A stretch of DNA of 64,000 nucleotides from NCBI GenBank assembly GCA_964188305.1, contig OZ076885.1; one strand, 5' to 3'. The position numbers and the translations under genes were made by a program. The first letter of the stretch is position 1. Every line of letters begins with the position of its first letter. The stretch comes from Podarcis bocagei (taxonomy: Eukaryota). The notes below the pieces were generated by a model. That model saw only the letters and a program-made list of their open reading frames with translations. It had not been told where the DNA came from and did not search any database. Below, in pieces: positions 1 to 12,938 of the stretch.

Positions 1-590
1 GCGTCGCTACTTCTCAACCGCCATTCCTCGCCGATATACCTGGGAGCCTTTTCGGCGGCATTGGGTGACCCTTGACTGAGGCGCCTGTGGCTTGGCCTGA
101 GTCGGGATTTCCCGAAGCCTGGGAACCTGTGTGGGAAAGGAAAGGAACTTCGGCAGGTGCCGCTTATTCTGTCTCAGGACTCGGGAGTGCGAAGTGGCAC
201 CTGCCGACCTTCCTCCTCCTGCGCACCCCTTAAAAGTACAGGAGCCCCACATTCTGTTGCCTCTGGTCACCTTCTTTTGCCGCGTGACGAGAAAGGTCAA
301 GTTCCCAAGGCGTGTCTTCTTCCTCTTCAAGTTGCCCGGCTGCCAAATTCTTCGCTGTTCTGGTACAAGGTATGCTGCGTGAGGCGCAGCCTATAGTTAC
401 CGACCTGATAAACTTGGCATGTAGGCGTCGATACTATTCCGACCGAAGTATCTTGATACCTTGTGTGTGTGGTAGTAGCCTTCTGTAAGAGAAGAGAGGG
501 GTTTTTTTTTGACGTCTGACTACTGTGGGTTGCCCTCCCCTTGATGAATCGGCAACATCTGAACTTTCGAAATGGTTGCAACATCAGTTT
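1..590. promoter_or_regulatory. CpG-enriched segment, probably the downstream shore of the CHP1 promoter island (start of intron 1)
   Basis: Many CpGs in the first ~600 bp, fading into AT-rich sequence; CHP1 exon 1 must lie upstream of the window. A repeat fragment cannot be excluded. Confidence 0.35.
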
Positions 591-1999
591 GCTATGTGCT
601 GTTTTAAAGTCAAATGCTCAACCTGACAGTGGGTTGGAGGAGCATTTTTATCGTACTTTATCCTGCCTTCGTGATTTTTAAAATTATTATTCTGCTTAAT
701 TTGCCCCGTATAATTATGAAGAGTATAAAGCCCTTGTAGGAGCTCTTTCCATGTGAGTTGTAGCAGAGTAGAGAAGGGAAAACAACTCTACACAGGCCCT
801 CTTAATTGCAAGTGCTACGCTTGTTCCTGAGGTAAGCATTCAGGACAAGTGCTAGCTTAAATTAAGCCTTTTTGTTGTGAATGCTCCAACCTGTATCAAA
901 AGTGTTGCTTGCTGCATTCTAGATTTTCTTTCAAAGTGTTATAGGTGCCCCTCCTGTAGTTCTATGAATCTAAGTGCCATGCACATTGGTGGCACATTAT
1001 TTATGTATAGATTGATAATGCATTTCCTCTTGACATGCACTGGAGCATTCAAAGGACTGGTTAACATTTTTTATTTCATTTATAAATTCCTTTCCATGAG
1101 ACACCGTGAAGCAATTGTGTAAGCAGTTCTGATAGTCTTTAGCACAACTTTATTTAGGGCACTTTTGATGTAAAACATATTACAGCCTTTATCTTATTAC
1201 AAAGATGAACACCCACATGATATTGTTGGAATTCTCATTTTACAGCTTGTTTTCTGAGGCTCAGATAGCAACTTGCCTAAGGCCTCTTGATGGCTCCATG
1301 GCTTAGTAATGTACATCTCCCATAGCCAAACAGAACGTTATCTAGTGGGCAAAAATACAACAGAAAACAAATGTGCTATTAGGTTATAGCTACAGACTAG
1401 TTACAGATGACTATTATTTTTCCTACCCCAGTTCTGTATTAGCAAATCCCGTCTACTGTTTTGACTAGTAGCAAATGACAATATATCCATCTACAGATAT
1501 TTGATTCCTAGTATGTAGCATGTAGTTAGTTCGATTGAAAAAATAGGAAACGTGAAAGTACAAAAGTTCAGTCAGGACATTCCATTTTCTAAATTGCCAA
1601 CGTGCAGTTCCTGGTAGTGCCAGGTGATCTGTGGATTACTGCCTTATTGCATGATTGATCTCACCTTTTTCCATTGTTTAATTGCAATGAAAGAAGCTAA
1701 TAATATATTATTTCCAATAATTGCTTTGTGTATGTAAGCAACTACTGTATTTACCATAGGGATATAGCATGTCTATACAGATAGGCTTACTGAGAGTAAC
1801 ACAGTAAGGAGGAATTCTAGAGGAAACTAAGCAAAAGCTACAGTCACTAATTATTGCTCCTTATGATACATGCTATATTACATAGTTTAATGCTCTAGTA
1901 GCTACTGATTTTTTTTATTACTGGTTCAATGGTACAAATTTGGCACTAAGAAAAACAAATTCAATTAGATTTTGTCGTCATAGTGCTATCAGTTTAATA

Positions 2000-2250
2000 T
2001 AGGGGTCAGAACCTTTTTCAGCCGTGAGCCAGTCCACTGTCCATCAGACCATGTGGTGGGCCGGTCTATTTTTTTTTTGGGGGGGGGAGAACAAATTCCT
2101 ATGCCCCACAAATAACCCAGAGATGCATTTTAAATAAAAGCACACATTCTACTCACATAAAAAAACGGTGATTCCTGGACCGTCCGCAGGCTGGATTGAG
2201 AATGCGATTGGGCCGCATCCGGCCCACGGACCTTCGGTTGCCTACCTCTG
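2000..2250. mobile_element. Non-autonomous hAT-type DNA transposon (MITE)
   Basis: Termini TAGGGGTCAG...GCCTACCTCTG; flanks GTTTAATA (1992-1999) and GGTTAATA (2251-2258) form a 7/8 match 8-bp target-site duplication (TSD). Confidence 0.7.
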
Positions 2251-3816
2251 GGTTAATACTACTATTCTGAGTAGTGCTTTATTCTCGGGAAGCTAAATTT
2301 TATGTTATGCAATTATTTGACCCTTAATAAATAGAATTATTAGCAGGAGCATAAGGTGTATAGAAGCAGCCCAATGGTTTATATTCAGTAGTGGTTTGGG
2401 GCTAGCAAAAAGCATCCCTGCTTTTTACATTTTCTTGTTGGATGTCTGTATGTGGCTTATGGTAAAATAAACTAGCACAACTTTCTCAGATCAGCATATT
2501 TTTGAGAAAGATGTTAGCAGCAACAATATTGTATGGACATCACATACACATTTACTTATATATTAGTATGAAATGTGAAGGCTTTTAAAAATGAGCCAAA
2601 ATAGTAAATTTGCTGGCAAGAAGCAGAAATAGTACCTGAAGAATACTGTTTATTCAGTAAATATCTGGATCACTAAACATTTAAGAAAAGATCAGAAGAC
2701 TGGAATTGAGACATCAACTGAATAATCTGAATCAAAATTGGAAATTATGTAGCACCTTTTTAGCCAACTATAGGGGAATGAGCCATCATAGAAAATGATC
2801 TTGGCAGCCTGTCAGAGCAGCAATTTCTATAAAAGTGTGCATTCCAGATACTATTGCTGTGAAACAGTTTCTAAGGATAGCTTATGTCTATCATATGCTT
2901 ATGTTCCTAGTTTTAATGAAAGGGCAGTTATGTGAGGTGCTGATTGGGAGTCATTCATCCTTAACACCTGCAGTTCCTAATGCCAGCTACAATGTCTTGC
3001 TATGGGACATTTCTCATGTACTTGCTAAAATACACAATGACTGCAGAGACTACATCAAAGTGTATGATGTTAATTGTGTGCTTTTCAAAGTCAGGCTTTG
3101 GCATTGGCTGAATTTGATATTTATTTTTTGAGATTAGGCCTTGCTGTAGTTGAGATCACACTTCATGAAGACTGCAGACGAGTTATGGTCTTGGCAAGGC
3201 TACACATAAATACATTATAAATCAGAAACTTTAATGTGCATGTAAGTGTTACTATTTTATGCTTTATTCAGTGATTCTGTTTTTCATTGTAAGCAAGATT
3301 CATTACAAAAAACAACATTGTTAACAAATTCATTGTGCATAAGCAGTTGTTTGGACTACAGTCTACTTTAGCAGATACAGCATCTAATGGAAAAGTCCAT
3401 GGAAGCTTATGCTACAAGTCCTTAAGGTACCACAACAGTCTTCATTGCAAGAGACTAGCACAGCTATTGCTCTGGCAAGAGAAGTTAGAGATGGCAATCT
3501 CATTGCATATAATTTATGCAAAATTTTATGTTTTGGTGAAGTATACGTTTCAGTTAATAATCCCACTACTGTCTCAAGGCTTATTTAAGAAACAGATCAG
3601 GTAGCTGTTTATCATAATTGTCAAATTCATGGGGTCAATCCAGTTGGTACCTTTGTGCCCATGGATAGGTATTTGATCAGTTGAATGCCTCTGCTAATGG
3701 ACGAAAGCTAGTTGCTTGCTGCAGCCCCTAGTGTCCCCAAAAATTGGCTCCAGGGTTTGGGGACCCTTTTGAAAAGGGTAGACGATTGGGGGACTGTCTG
3801 GGAAAGCCCACATTGG

Positions 3817-3950
3817 GAAGGCAGCCCTGTTTAGGGAAGCTTTTAATGTTTGATGTATTACAGTATTTTAATATTTTTTTGGAAGCCGCCCAGAGTGGCT
3901 GGGGAAGCCCAGCCAGATGGGCGGGGTATAAATAATAAATTATTATTATT
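3817..3950 (+). mobile_element. L2-clade LINE 3' end
   Basis: Same sequence as the copies at 4664-4945(-) and 57904-58120(+); ends in an (ATT)n tail. Confidence 0.7.
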
Positions 3951-4307
3951 AAAAAGTAAAGGTAAAGGGACCCCTGACCATTAGGTCCAGTCGTGACCGA
4001 CTCTGGGGTTGCGGCACTCATCTCGCTTTACTGGCCGAGGGAGCCGACGTACAGCTTCTGGGTCATGTGGCCAGCATGACTAAGCCGCTTCTGGCGAACC
4101 AGAGCAGCACAAGGAAACACCGTTTATCTTCCCGCCGCAGCGGTACCTATTTATCTACTTGCACTTTGACATGCTTTCGAACTGCTAGGTTGGCAGGAGC
4201 AGGGACGAGCAACGGGAGCTCACTCCGTCGTGGGGATTCGAACCACCAACCTTCTGATCGGCAAGTCCTAGGCTCTGTGGTTTAACCCACAGCGCCACCC
4301 GCGTCCC
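3951..4307 (-). mobile_element. Sauria/Squam1 SINE, full length
   Basis: Minus strand begins GGGACGCGGGTGGCGCTGTGG, has the B-box GGTTCGAATCC and ends in CCCTTTACCTTTA; similar to 37663-38028. Confidence 0.88.
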
Positions 4308-4662
4308 CATTGTTATTATTATTCCTTCCGCTTCCATTAACAGAGGTGTTCACTGAATCAAAAGCCTGAGTGCAAGGCCACCAGTTAGATCCCACTCATA
4401 ATTAATTACACCATCAGTTTTTGTAATAAGAGTTTTTGCAAGCTCATCTCAATGTCGGAAACCCCCAACTTGCTGTCAAACACTTAATTAAATGTGGCTT
4501 ACATACTGTGTGTCATAAAGCCCCATGTCCATTAACTTATAAAGAAGAGTCTTATTGCAAATAACTCAAAGTAAAAATATGTGGCTTTGCATATAATTAC
4601 AAAAAAATGTATGGCAAAACTATGAATACTATGTGTAATATTAAAATGGTTCTTTCAGCTAT

Positions 4663-4663
<1 letters not shown>

Positions 4664-4706
<43 letters not shown>

Positions 4707-4945
4707 TAATAATAATTTATTTATACCCCGCCCATCTGGCTGGGTTTCCCCAGCCACTCTGGGCGGCTTCCAAAAGAATATTAAAATACTATGATACATT
4801 AAACATTAAAAACTTCCCTAAACAGGGCTGCCTTCAGATGTCTTCTAAAAGTCTGGTAGTTGTTGTTCTCTTTGACATCTGGTGGGAGGGCGTTCCACAG
4901 GGAGGGCGCCACTACTGAGAAGGCCCTCTGCCTGGTTCTCTGCCT
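4664..4945 (-). mobile_element. L2-clade LINE 3' end with (TTA)n tail
   Basis: Minus-strand translation RAFSVVAPSLWNALP...FRRHLKAALF resembles the L2 ORF2 C-terminus; (TAA)n microsatellite at 4664-4715. Confidence 0.8.
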
Positions 4946-6088
4946 GCACTTGGCCACTGCACTTGGACTTTGAAATGTAAAATACATGGTGGTGATTGTT
5001 AGTCAGACAAGAACAATATCCAGATTATGTGTATCAATTTTTTTTTTTAACTTTCTGCCTGGAATGTTTGCATTTCATAACACTTTTTCAGATGTTTCCT
5101 TAGTTAATATCAAGAGATAAAGACAAACCTAGTCTTGTAACCTTAGCTGCTTAAAGTTTCAGTCACACTCTTGTTTTACAGTTATAGTTTGCTGGGGAAT
5201 AATGCAAATGGACCCTGCAAATTTACTCATCAAAATTAAAAATAACTATTTTAGGGAGAGCTTTGTAGCCAAGGAGATCTACCTTGGCAACTTAAAAGGC
5301 TATTGGTAGGGAGGAGAGGATGTGCCATATTTTCATTGAAACCTGGCATCTACAATATTTTTTGCTAGGCAAAGCTAGTCACTGAAACCAGTACGATAGA
5401 TCAGAAAATTGTTTAGAATACTGTATTTGTATTCTTTTATCAGGGCCCTGGGGAACAGCTTTTTAAAGAGAGATCAAGTTGATTCGTGTTCTGTGGAATT
5501 AACAAGGTTGTTCCTTCCTCAATTTAGCATGCTTTAAAACCATTTGGAATTGCTTTAGTGGAGTTTTTTGCAGGGTTGGCAGCTGAGTGGTTTAAACTTT
5601 AAACTACTTCCAGCTGGAAAGGAAACTAGATTATCCAGAGGCTGAGGTAGCCTAGGGCTCCAGAACTGTCTGAATTTAAAGAGAGACTAGGAACAGGCTC
5701 TTAGCCAAGTCAGTGGACTAGTTAGTACTTCAGCCTTGTAGTTGGCCTTTGCCTGGTTGCCATAGGTGACAAGGAATTGGTTGCAAACAAGTGTATGGAA
5801 TCCAACCTGGTGTAGGAAGGACAGATTGTCCCCTTGGTTTCTGTGCAGGTCACAGAAAAAGTGAAGCACTTTCATCTACAACTAACAAGAAAATGTGGTA
5901 GTCTGATGGGAGACGAAAATATATCTGTTCCTCACCTGCAGGCCTGCTGTATTTGTTAGCTATAGGCCAGTAGACATCAGTGGGCATGCAACCTTGGAAA
6001 TGTTTTGTAGACTTTTCTTGCAAGGCTGTAATAAATTTACCTATGTAATACCTCTTCTTAAGACATGTCTGTTTAGTGAAATGTTTTA

Positions 6089-6222
6089 CCCAGTGCTATT
6101 TTTCTAGAAAGAGGTGCCGGAACTCACCATAAATGGCTCCCTCATCTTAGAATGGCAGTGGTGCCCATCTGAGAGGTGGTGGAACTAAATTGCAGCGAGT
6201 TCCAGCTGAAAAAAAGTCCTGG
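6089..6222. mobile_element. Small MITE with CCAGTGCTATTTTTC / GAAAAAAAGTCCTGG termini
   Basis: Imperfect terminal inverted repeats; a related end lies at 28484-28519. Confidence 0.5.
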
Positions 6223-6436
6223 TTTTACTAATAAGAGTGAAATGTCTTACCAATAGAGGGGTAATAGGACTTAAAATCTGAATGGAGGTCATTTTAAAAT
6301 GTAAACATCCAGCAAAATCAGTGTCCTGACCCCTGAAATGTAATGAAATTACTCTTACTCTGTATTGAGTACTGTGGATTAATTGATTTTAAAATGTTGC
6401 TGTTCAATTGTAAGTTTTAATATATTTTTGCTTCAG

Positions 6437-6509
6437 TTTCCCACAGTCAGATTACTCGTCTGTACAGTCGGTTTACCAGCCTAGACAAAGGAGAGAATGG
6501 CACTCTTAG
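6437..6509 (+). CDS. CHP1: Calcineurin-like EF-hand protein 1, exon 2
   Basis: ttcag|TTTCCCAC...CTTAG|gtaggt; 73 nt; encodes (F)SHSQITRLYSRFTSLDKGENGTL(S). Confidence 0.97.
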
Positions 6510-9500
6510 GTAGGTACTCTTTAGCAAACTTCATTGTACTGACTCACTGCTTTTGCTTAGTGCCTTACTGTACTGACTTGCTCACTGCCTCTGCCCAGTT
6601 TCCCTTGATTTACCCCCTCTAGCTGCAGCCCTCTTCCTCCTGTTCTATGCATTTCCTGAGAGTCCTCTGAACCCCAGAAGGCTATTTGGGACACACATTG
6701 GGATGCAGTGGGGGAAGGAGGAACCAGAGAATTCCTATTGTTTGAGTGTATTGGGTACAACCCATAATCCCTGTTCAGGTTTTATGCTTCATGCAGTTAC
6801 AATCATGTGAGGAACAATGGGACTGCACTTACTGGCCCAGCTCCCACTGTTGCATTACCTGCGAGTTCAGCCCCCTGCCCTGTATATGTTGGAAGTTCTT
6901 CTACGTACATAGACTTTCCCCTTTGCAATCCCAAACCCTGGGTTCTAAATTGTGTGAGGAGCCTTTGTACAAGGGTCCCATGTTCAACCCCCCTTCCTCC
7001 AAAATGCATGCCTGAAGCTGTGTTTCAAGGAACAAAAGAGCGGGGCCAGTAACACAGTCGAATTTAGAACACCAAGCCATGTTATAATTGTCATAATCAT
7101 ATACATAATTGGGTAATATTAGTGGAGATGAGAAATGAGCTGCATATGTAACAATGCACATCACAGTAGAAGTATAGCATTTCCTTAAACTTTTCCCTGC
7201 ATTTCAGCAAAGCTTTCAAAGCAACACCATTTAAAATGTGCTGAGGAGCAGAATTGAGAACAGCAAAGCAGTTGTTATTGTTGTTAAAATTTGTATACCA
7301 CCCTATACCCGTAGATCTCAGGGTGGTTCATAACATAAAATTACAATATAAAAAACAAAATACATGATGAAAATAAGAACAGAAAATAAGAACAGAAATA
7401 AACCTCCGCTTCCATATGGGAGAACATTTATTCCTTTTCCCACCCTCCATAAATCATTTTCCAAATTTGTAAGAAACACATATCTGGCCTACACAGCATA
7501 TAAAAGCAAGAAGGAATCATGTGACACCATCAAGGCTTAACAGTTCTATTGTGGTATAAGTGTTTATAGACAAGAGGCCACTTCATCGTGCCTTAATAAT
7601 AAATCTTCAAGGTGCTACAGTACTCCTGAGTTTTACTTAAACTGTTTCAGCTCAGAATACAGGGTAGATCATTTTTGTTACCTCCTGCCAAGTTGTCTTC
7701 CCTATATTTTGAGCCAAAACAGTTTAAGCAAGAGAAAAGATCATAAATTCATGTTAAGTATAGACGTGCAAAATTTCTAGTGAGTTGGTTAATTTGGAAG
7801 TGGCTGTAGGAATAAAAGTTCAAATTGCAGTGTGGCTTTGAATCCCTGACTGATTTCAGGGCAGACTGCTATTTCTGAAACTTATGGACTCTTCAGAATG
7901 GCTAAAATGCCATTCTAATAGCCTATACCATATTGATGTAGATATTAATGTCAAAACAAAGTGTTCTTTTTAAACTGAAACCCACTATTTCTTACATTTA
8001 TATCCTGCCTTTCTGCTGTCATGGAACCAAAGGCAGTGTATATGTGGTTCTTGGGCAATTGCACATCTAGGCACTGACCAGACCAGTTCTCATGCCAGCA
8101 TGCTGACAAATCCTCCCTTAAATCCAACCAAATATATGGGTCCTGTAGTTGGAGTTAATCTCTTGCCCTAAACAAGAGAGGATTATGAAGAGAAGAGGAT
8201 TTGGAAATGGATACAATCTTAGGAGCGACTTAGTTTGCTGTTGAAGATGGAAGTACAGAAAAGTCTAGAAACAGTAACTTTTAGTATTAGAAAAAACCTC
8301 TTTGTAAATAGATTGTAATGCTGATAACAATATTAACCGTATACTTTTATGTCAACTGAGCAAGGCAGGATAACTTCATAAACTTGACTTTTTGTTACTT
8401 TCTTTTATGATATGTTTGAATAAGTATTGATGGTACTGTAAAGTAAGATGGCAGAGTCAAACTGAAATAAAAATGAAGCAATAGTACAGACATGAGTTAG
8501 TTCTGCAGTGCATTCTCTCTGTTCAGACATTACAGAAAGTGGAAGTGTTGCTGAAGGCATGCCCCACTCTATAAATATGCTGCAATATGTGTAAAGTATA
8601 TGGTTTGGCAGAACGACTTATTGAGTAGAAGATGTTTGGATTTCTGTGATTCAGAATAAGCACAATGAAAGCATGCAAGTAGGTTTCAAAAATACATTAA
8701 TTCATGGGTAGATCCTGTTGGATAGTGTTCCTATGGCATGTGAACAGAAGAAAAAAATATTTCCTGTTAGTTCCAGTCTAAGCCAGGTGAAGTGGGTTTT
8801 GCTAAAAAAAAAAAAAAAAGGACAGCTTGCTTTTCAGTATTCATTTACTTTTATGATGTGTGTAGTGTTTTCCAGTTAGCGTTCTTACTTGGATAATGTC
8901 CCCTTCATAAGCGCAGTGGCTGGTAGCAATGACAGTAATAGATTTTAAATGCAGTAGTTACAGTTGGTTAATGTTTAACCTTAAGCTAAGCCATAAAATA
9001 TAGAAATTAGAAGCTGATGCCTTGCATTCCGATTTCAGATGCTGAATCTTTACAAACAGGGAGGATATGTTTTAGAACACTGGAGAGTCTGATACATACA
9101 TGTAACAGGAGATTTGCTGCTTTTCATATATCTGTCACACTGTTCAGACTCAAGGGGAGGTGGATTACTTGGGGTGGGGGGCTAGTTAACTTTTCCCCCA
9201 CTGAAATTTCTCCAGTTTAAATGTTTCATTGGAAATTGCTGTTTTTCCCCTTCTGGGCAAATAGCAGTTTAAAGTTGAATGCTGTTTAAATCAGGAAAAT
9301 GGCACAAGGTAAAATTATTATTTAATAACAACAATTCCCCCAGCACACCAGTCCCTATCCAAATTATTTCACACCCCCAGTTGCCTTTAATATGAGAGAG
9401 AAGTGAAAAATCTTATTCAGATTTCCTAGGTCACATCTGGTTTGGCTCAAAGTCACTAGACTTGCTTGGCTCTAATTATCAACTGCAAACAGAATCACCT

Positions 9501-10719
9501 TACTTGATTCTTTAAAAACTAAGCAAAAAACCCAGCCTCAAAGGTTGTAGCAGGCTTAAATTTTCTGAAGTACAGAGGTTCCCAATTAGCTAAATACAGT
9601 ACTGCAGACACATGTTTTTTTAAAAGCTAAGCCATGGACTCCCTGCTTTTGAATATTTTCATATCTCTATGGTAGTTTTTGTTATGTGACTAGTGCAATG
9701 GACCCCCTGGGTGGGATACATGCCCCCCCCCAGGGTCTGCAAACCACTAACTGGGAGCCATTGGCATAGAATAATTTGGATATTCTGTAACTTATGTATA
9801 GGTGGAAATAATTTTGGGGATATGCTAATTCATAGTGGCTGGGGCAGAAGCAGAGATGATACTCTCTCTGCCTCATTGCTTTTTACTATCCTCTGAGGCT
9901 GTCTGTAAACAAGACTTTACAGATTTTATAAAGTCCTCGAGGGCCATTAGCATTGATTTTGCCCACTGGGTCACTCCTGAATGAACAGTGGTGCGAACAG
10001 TGGACTTGCTACTCCATTCTTCCCAAGGGATAATGCATCTGCTTTGGAAGAGTTATTTTCCTTAGCTAATAATTCCCTGTTGCAAATTGGAACTGGCAAC
10101 TATGGTTGAATAAAGAAAGAACAATTACTATGTGAACTGGGAAATAGAATTTATTTTATTGAAATATAAGGTGAAAGAGCCATTTGACAGTGCCTAGATG
10201 TACATGGAAGATGATGCTTAAGAGGTTAGTATTCCATGAAATCAAGGCTGAAGCTGGAGTCAGATTGATTCAAGCCTACTGTAGGATCAACACACCAGAT
10301 TCTGCATATATTCTGTTGTCGAGGGGTTTCTCCTTTGAGTTTTATGGGCAAAAAATACTTAAGAGACTTTTGTCACATTCCAGAGGCCATTCATGGTGTT
10401 AACATTCTTAAAATGAGGGGATTCTAGTGATCTCTTTCTACACTGCAATCTTCGGCACAAAGTGGTAAATATAGGAAATGTATTGCTTTTAATTCAACCC
10501 ACTATTTCAGCAACCCTTGAACCATGGAGTAAAAGTGTACCATGGACAGATCATAGTGAATCAAAGGGTAATTATGAAGGGCATCACATCTGATGGGTTG
10601 ACTCAAGCAAAAGAAAAAAATATATAATACTTCCAAACAATAAATAGTGTCCAGGTACTATGAATATGATTGCCTAAAGAACACTATCATGATTAAATAA
10701 TGAATCTAAGTAGTTTAAA

Positions 10720-10767
10720 CTCCTATTAGATGCTGAATATATCCTCCTATTAGATGCTGAATATATC
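10720..10767. repeat. Perfect 24-bp tandem duplication
   Basis: CTCCTATTAGATGCTGAATATATC occurs twice in tandem. Confidence 0.95.
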
Positions 10768-11289
10768 CAGCAAGTAAGTACAAATGGATATATTTATTTT
10801 ATTGTTGCATACTGTAGATACTGAGAAATCATAAGTAGGATAAGAGTATCCAGTGCATGTTGACTGGGAAGCGAGTCCCATAGTAGTGCATAGGATATGG
10901 TCTTAGTTGCTAGATAGATGTGGAGTGATGTAAACTTGGGAGGAGAAGTGTGATCTTAAATAAACCATACACCTACTTTTATATCATCATGACAGCTAAG
11001 ATTAACTAAGAGCAATGCTTTGACCATGTCATCTGTGTGCCAAATCCAAACAAAGATACATAAAGTCATTCTTGCTGACTGCTTCCCATGTCCTTGAGAG
11101 CAGATGAACCTTCACCTAGATATCTATCAGAGTAAGCCTGAGCACTTTCAGAACAGCTGTAAAAAGTTCCTCTTCTGGCTGACATTCAGCAGCCAAGGTT
11201 AAGCTGGTGTCAGATAAATTACCCAAACAAAATAAGTTAACTATTGCTTGCCCTGGTTACTTGCCTCAAGAATTATATATAACTGTACA

Positions 11290-11372
11290 GGGACGTGGGT
11301 GATGCTGTGGTCTACTGAGTCTCTTGGGCTTGCCAGTTGGAAGGTTGGTGCTTCAAATCCACTCAGTGGTGG
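11290..11372 (+). mobile_element. Squam1 SINE 5' portion (interrupted)
   Basis: GGGACGTGGGTGATGCTGTGG...GCTTCAAATCC matches a decayed SINE head. Confidence 0.65.
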
Positions 11373-12245
11373 TTAGGGCTGGGTGATAGCTGGTTTTCAA
11401 CATCATGGTAATATCACCAGCTAAATATCATATCATCTTGATATATCATATGTGTCTGTGGTGGCGGACAGCCTTGCTGGGCCTCCCCACAGGGGCAGAA
11501 GGTATCACCATACCTCCTTGCAGCAGTGGAGGGTGTGCCACGCTTCCCCACAGCAGCAGAGGATCCCGTCGTACCTCCCCATGACATCTGCTTCCCCACT
11601 TAAAGGTCTAAGTGGAATCTCTGCATGCATAAGCCCCACTGATTTCAACTAAAGTAACTTCTACTTTCCTTAGAGTAAGCCCCATTGAATCCAGTAGGGC
11701 TTGCTTGTGAGTAAACACATATTTGCTTTCACTACTTACTGAAAAACGCCCTCCCCATCATTCTCATACAGTACCCAATCTCCCATTTCAGCATAAGACA
11801 GCCAGCTAAATCTTCTCCCTTCCATTTTCCCCAAAAGCCCTCATCCCACCAATCTCTCCCTTTTTATCAAAGGGAGGTAGGGAGGGCAAGCAAGCAAAAA
11901 GATAGTCTCCTTTAAATTATAAAAAAACCACCCTTCCTTTTTAATATGGAGGAAGGCTATTTAGGGAGAACCAACAACATAAACACCACCAGAAAAGAAA
12001 GAAAAAACTCTTCCCCCCCCCTTTTTTTTCACTGGTTAGGGAAGGAAGAAAAGTGCTTACCAGTTATTTGTTTACTTTGCCTCTTTGATTGTCTAGCCTT
12101 GGGGTGTCCCTCCAGGCTTTGCATAATTAGCTGACCTCTAAGTGGAAAGATACAGGTGAAGCTGGTTTGTGCAGGGCTTTTGGTCATTTCTTATCAGAGG
12201 AGGGAGAGCAAGCAAAGCTGAAGACACTTGCAAATTTTCTGCAAA

Positions 12246-12533
12246 GTGCTCAGTTGCTCTGTTCCAGCTTCTGCCAACCGAGCACTTCGAAAGCACACTA
12301 GTGCAAGTAGATAAATAGGTACCGCTGTGGCACAAAGGTAAACAATGTTTGCGTGTGCTTTTGCTTCCGTCACGGTGTTTCGTTGCACCAGAAATGGTTT
12401 AGTCATGTTGGCCACATGACCCTGAAAGCTGTCGGTGGACAAACGCTGGATTCCTCAGCCTGAAGCGAGATGAGCGCCACACCCCATAGTTGCCTTTGAC
12501 TGGACTTAACCGTCCAGGGGTCCTTTACCTTTT
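12246..12533 (+). mobile_element. Squam1 SINE 3' portion
   Basis: Contains GTGCAAGTAGATAAATAGGTACCGCT and ends GGGGTCCTTTACCTTT. Confidence 0.8.
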
Positions 12534-12857
12534 TAAAAAATCTATATAGCTGTACATTAATATTACACAACTGGGATTTTTCTATTGGTGATAGGTGTTA
12601 TGAACTGAAAATACAAAAGTACGCAGCGCAAAACTCATTTTCTTGATCTGAGGTTTACTATTTTCATGATCAATGAGCTTAACATACTGGATCTTTACTT
12701 TTTAAAAAAACACACCTTAAAAAACCCCTCATAGCTGTTGTGTGATATCTGAACCATAAATTTCAATCAGCCCTATTATAAAAAATGAATGTTTAACATG
12801 GGTGTTCAGAGATCTTATTCTATTAAAGGATTGATGTAGATTTCATTGAAATTGTAG

Positions 12858-12938
12858 CCGTGAAGATTTCCAACGCATTCCAGAACTTGCCATCAACCCA
12901 CTGGGGGACCGGATTATCAATGCCTTTTTTCCAGAAGG
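12858..12938 (+). CDS. CHP1: CHP1 exon 3
   Basis: tgtag|CCGTGAAG...GAAGG|gtaagt; 81 nt; [26 protein letters not shown](G). Confidence 0.97.

Noticed and set aside
7-584. Overlapping short ORFs at the window start
   Set aside because: No recognisable protein motif; consistent with chance ORFs in GC-rich sequence. CHP1 exon 1 (MGSRAS...) is not present.
7490-7635. Possible third Penelope pLTR with a hammerhead
   Set aside because: Only faint resemblance and the catalytic core is decayed.
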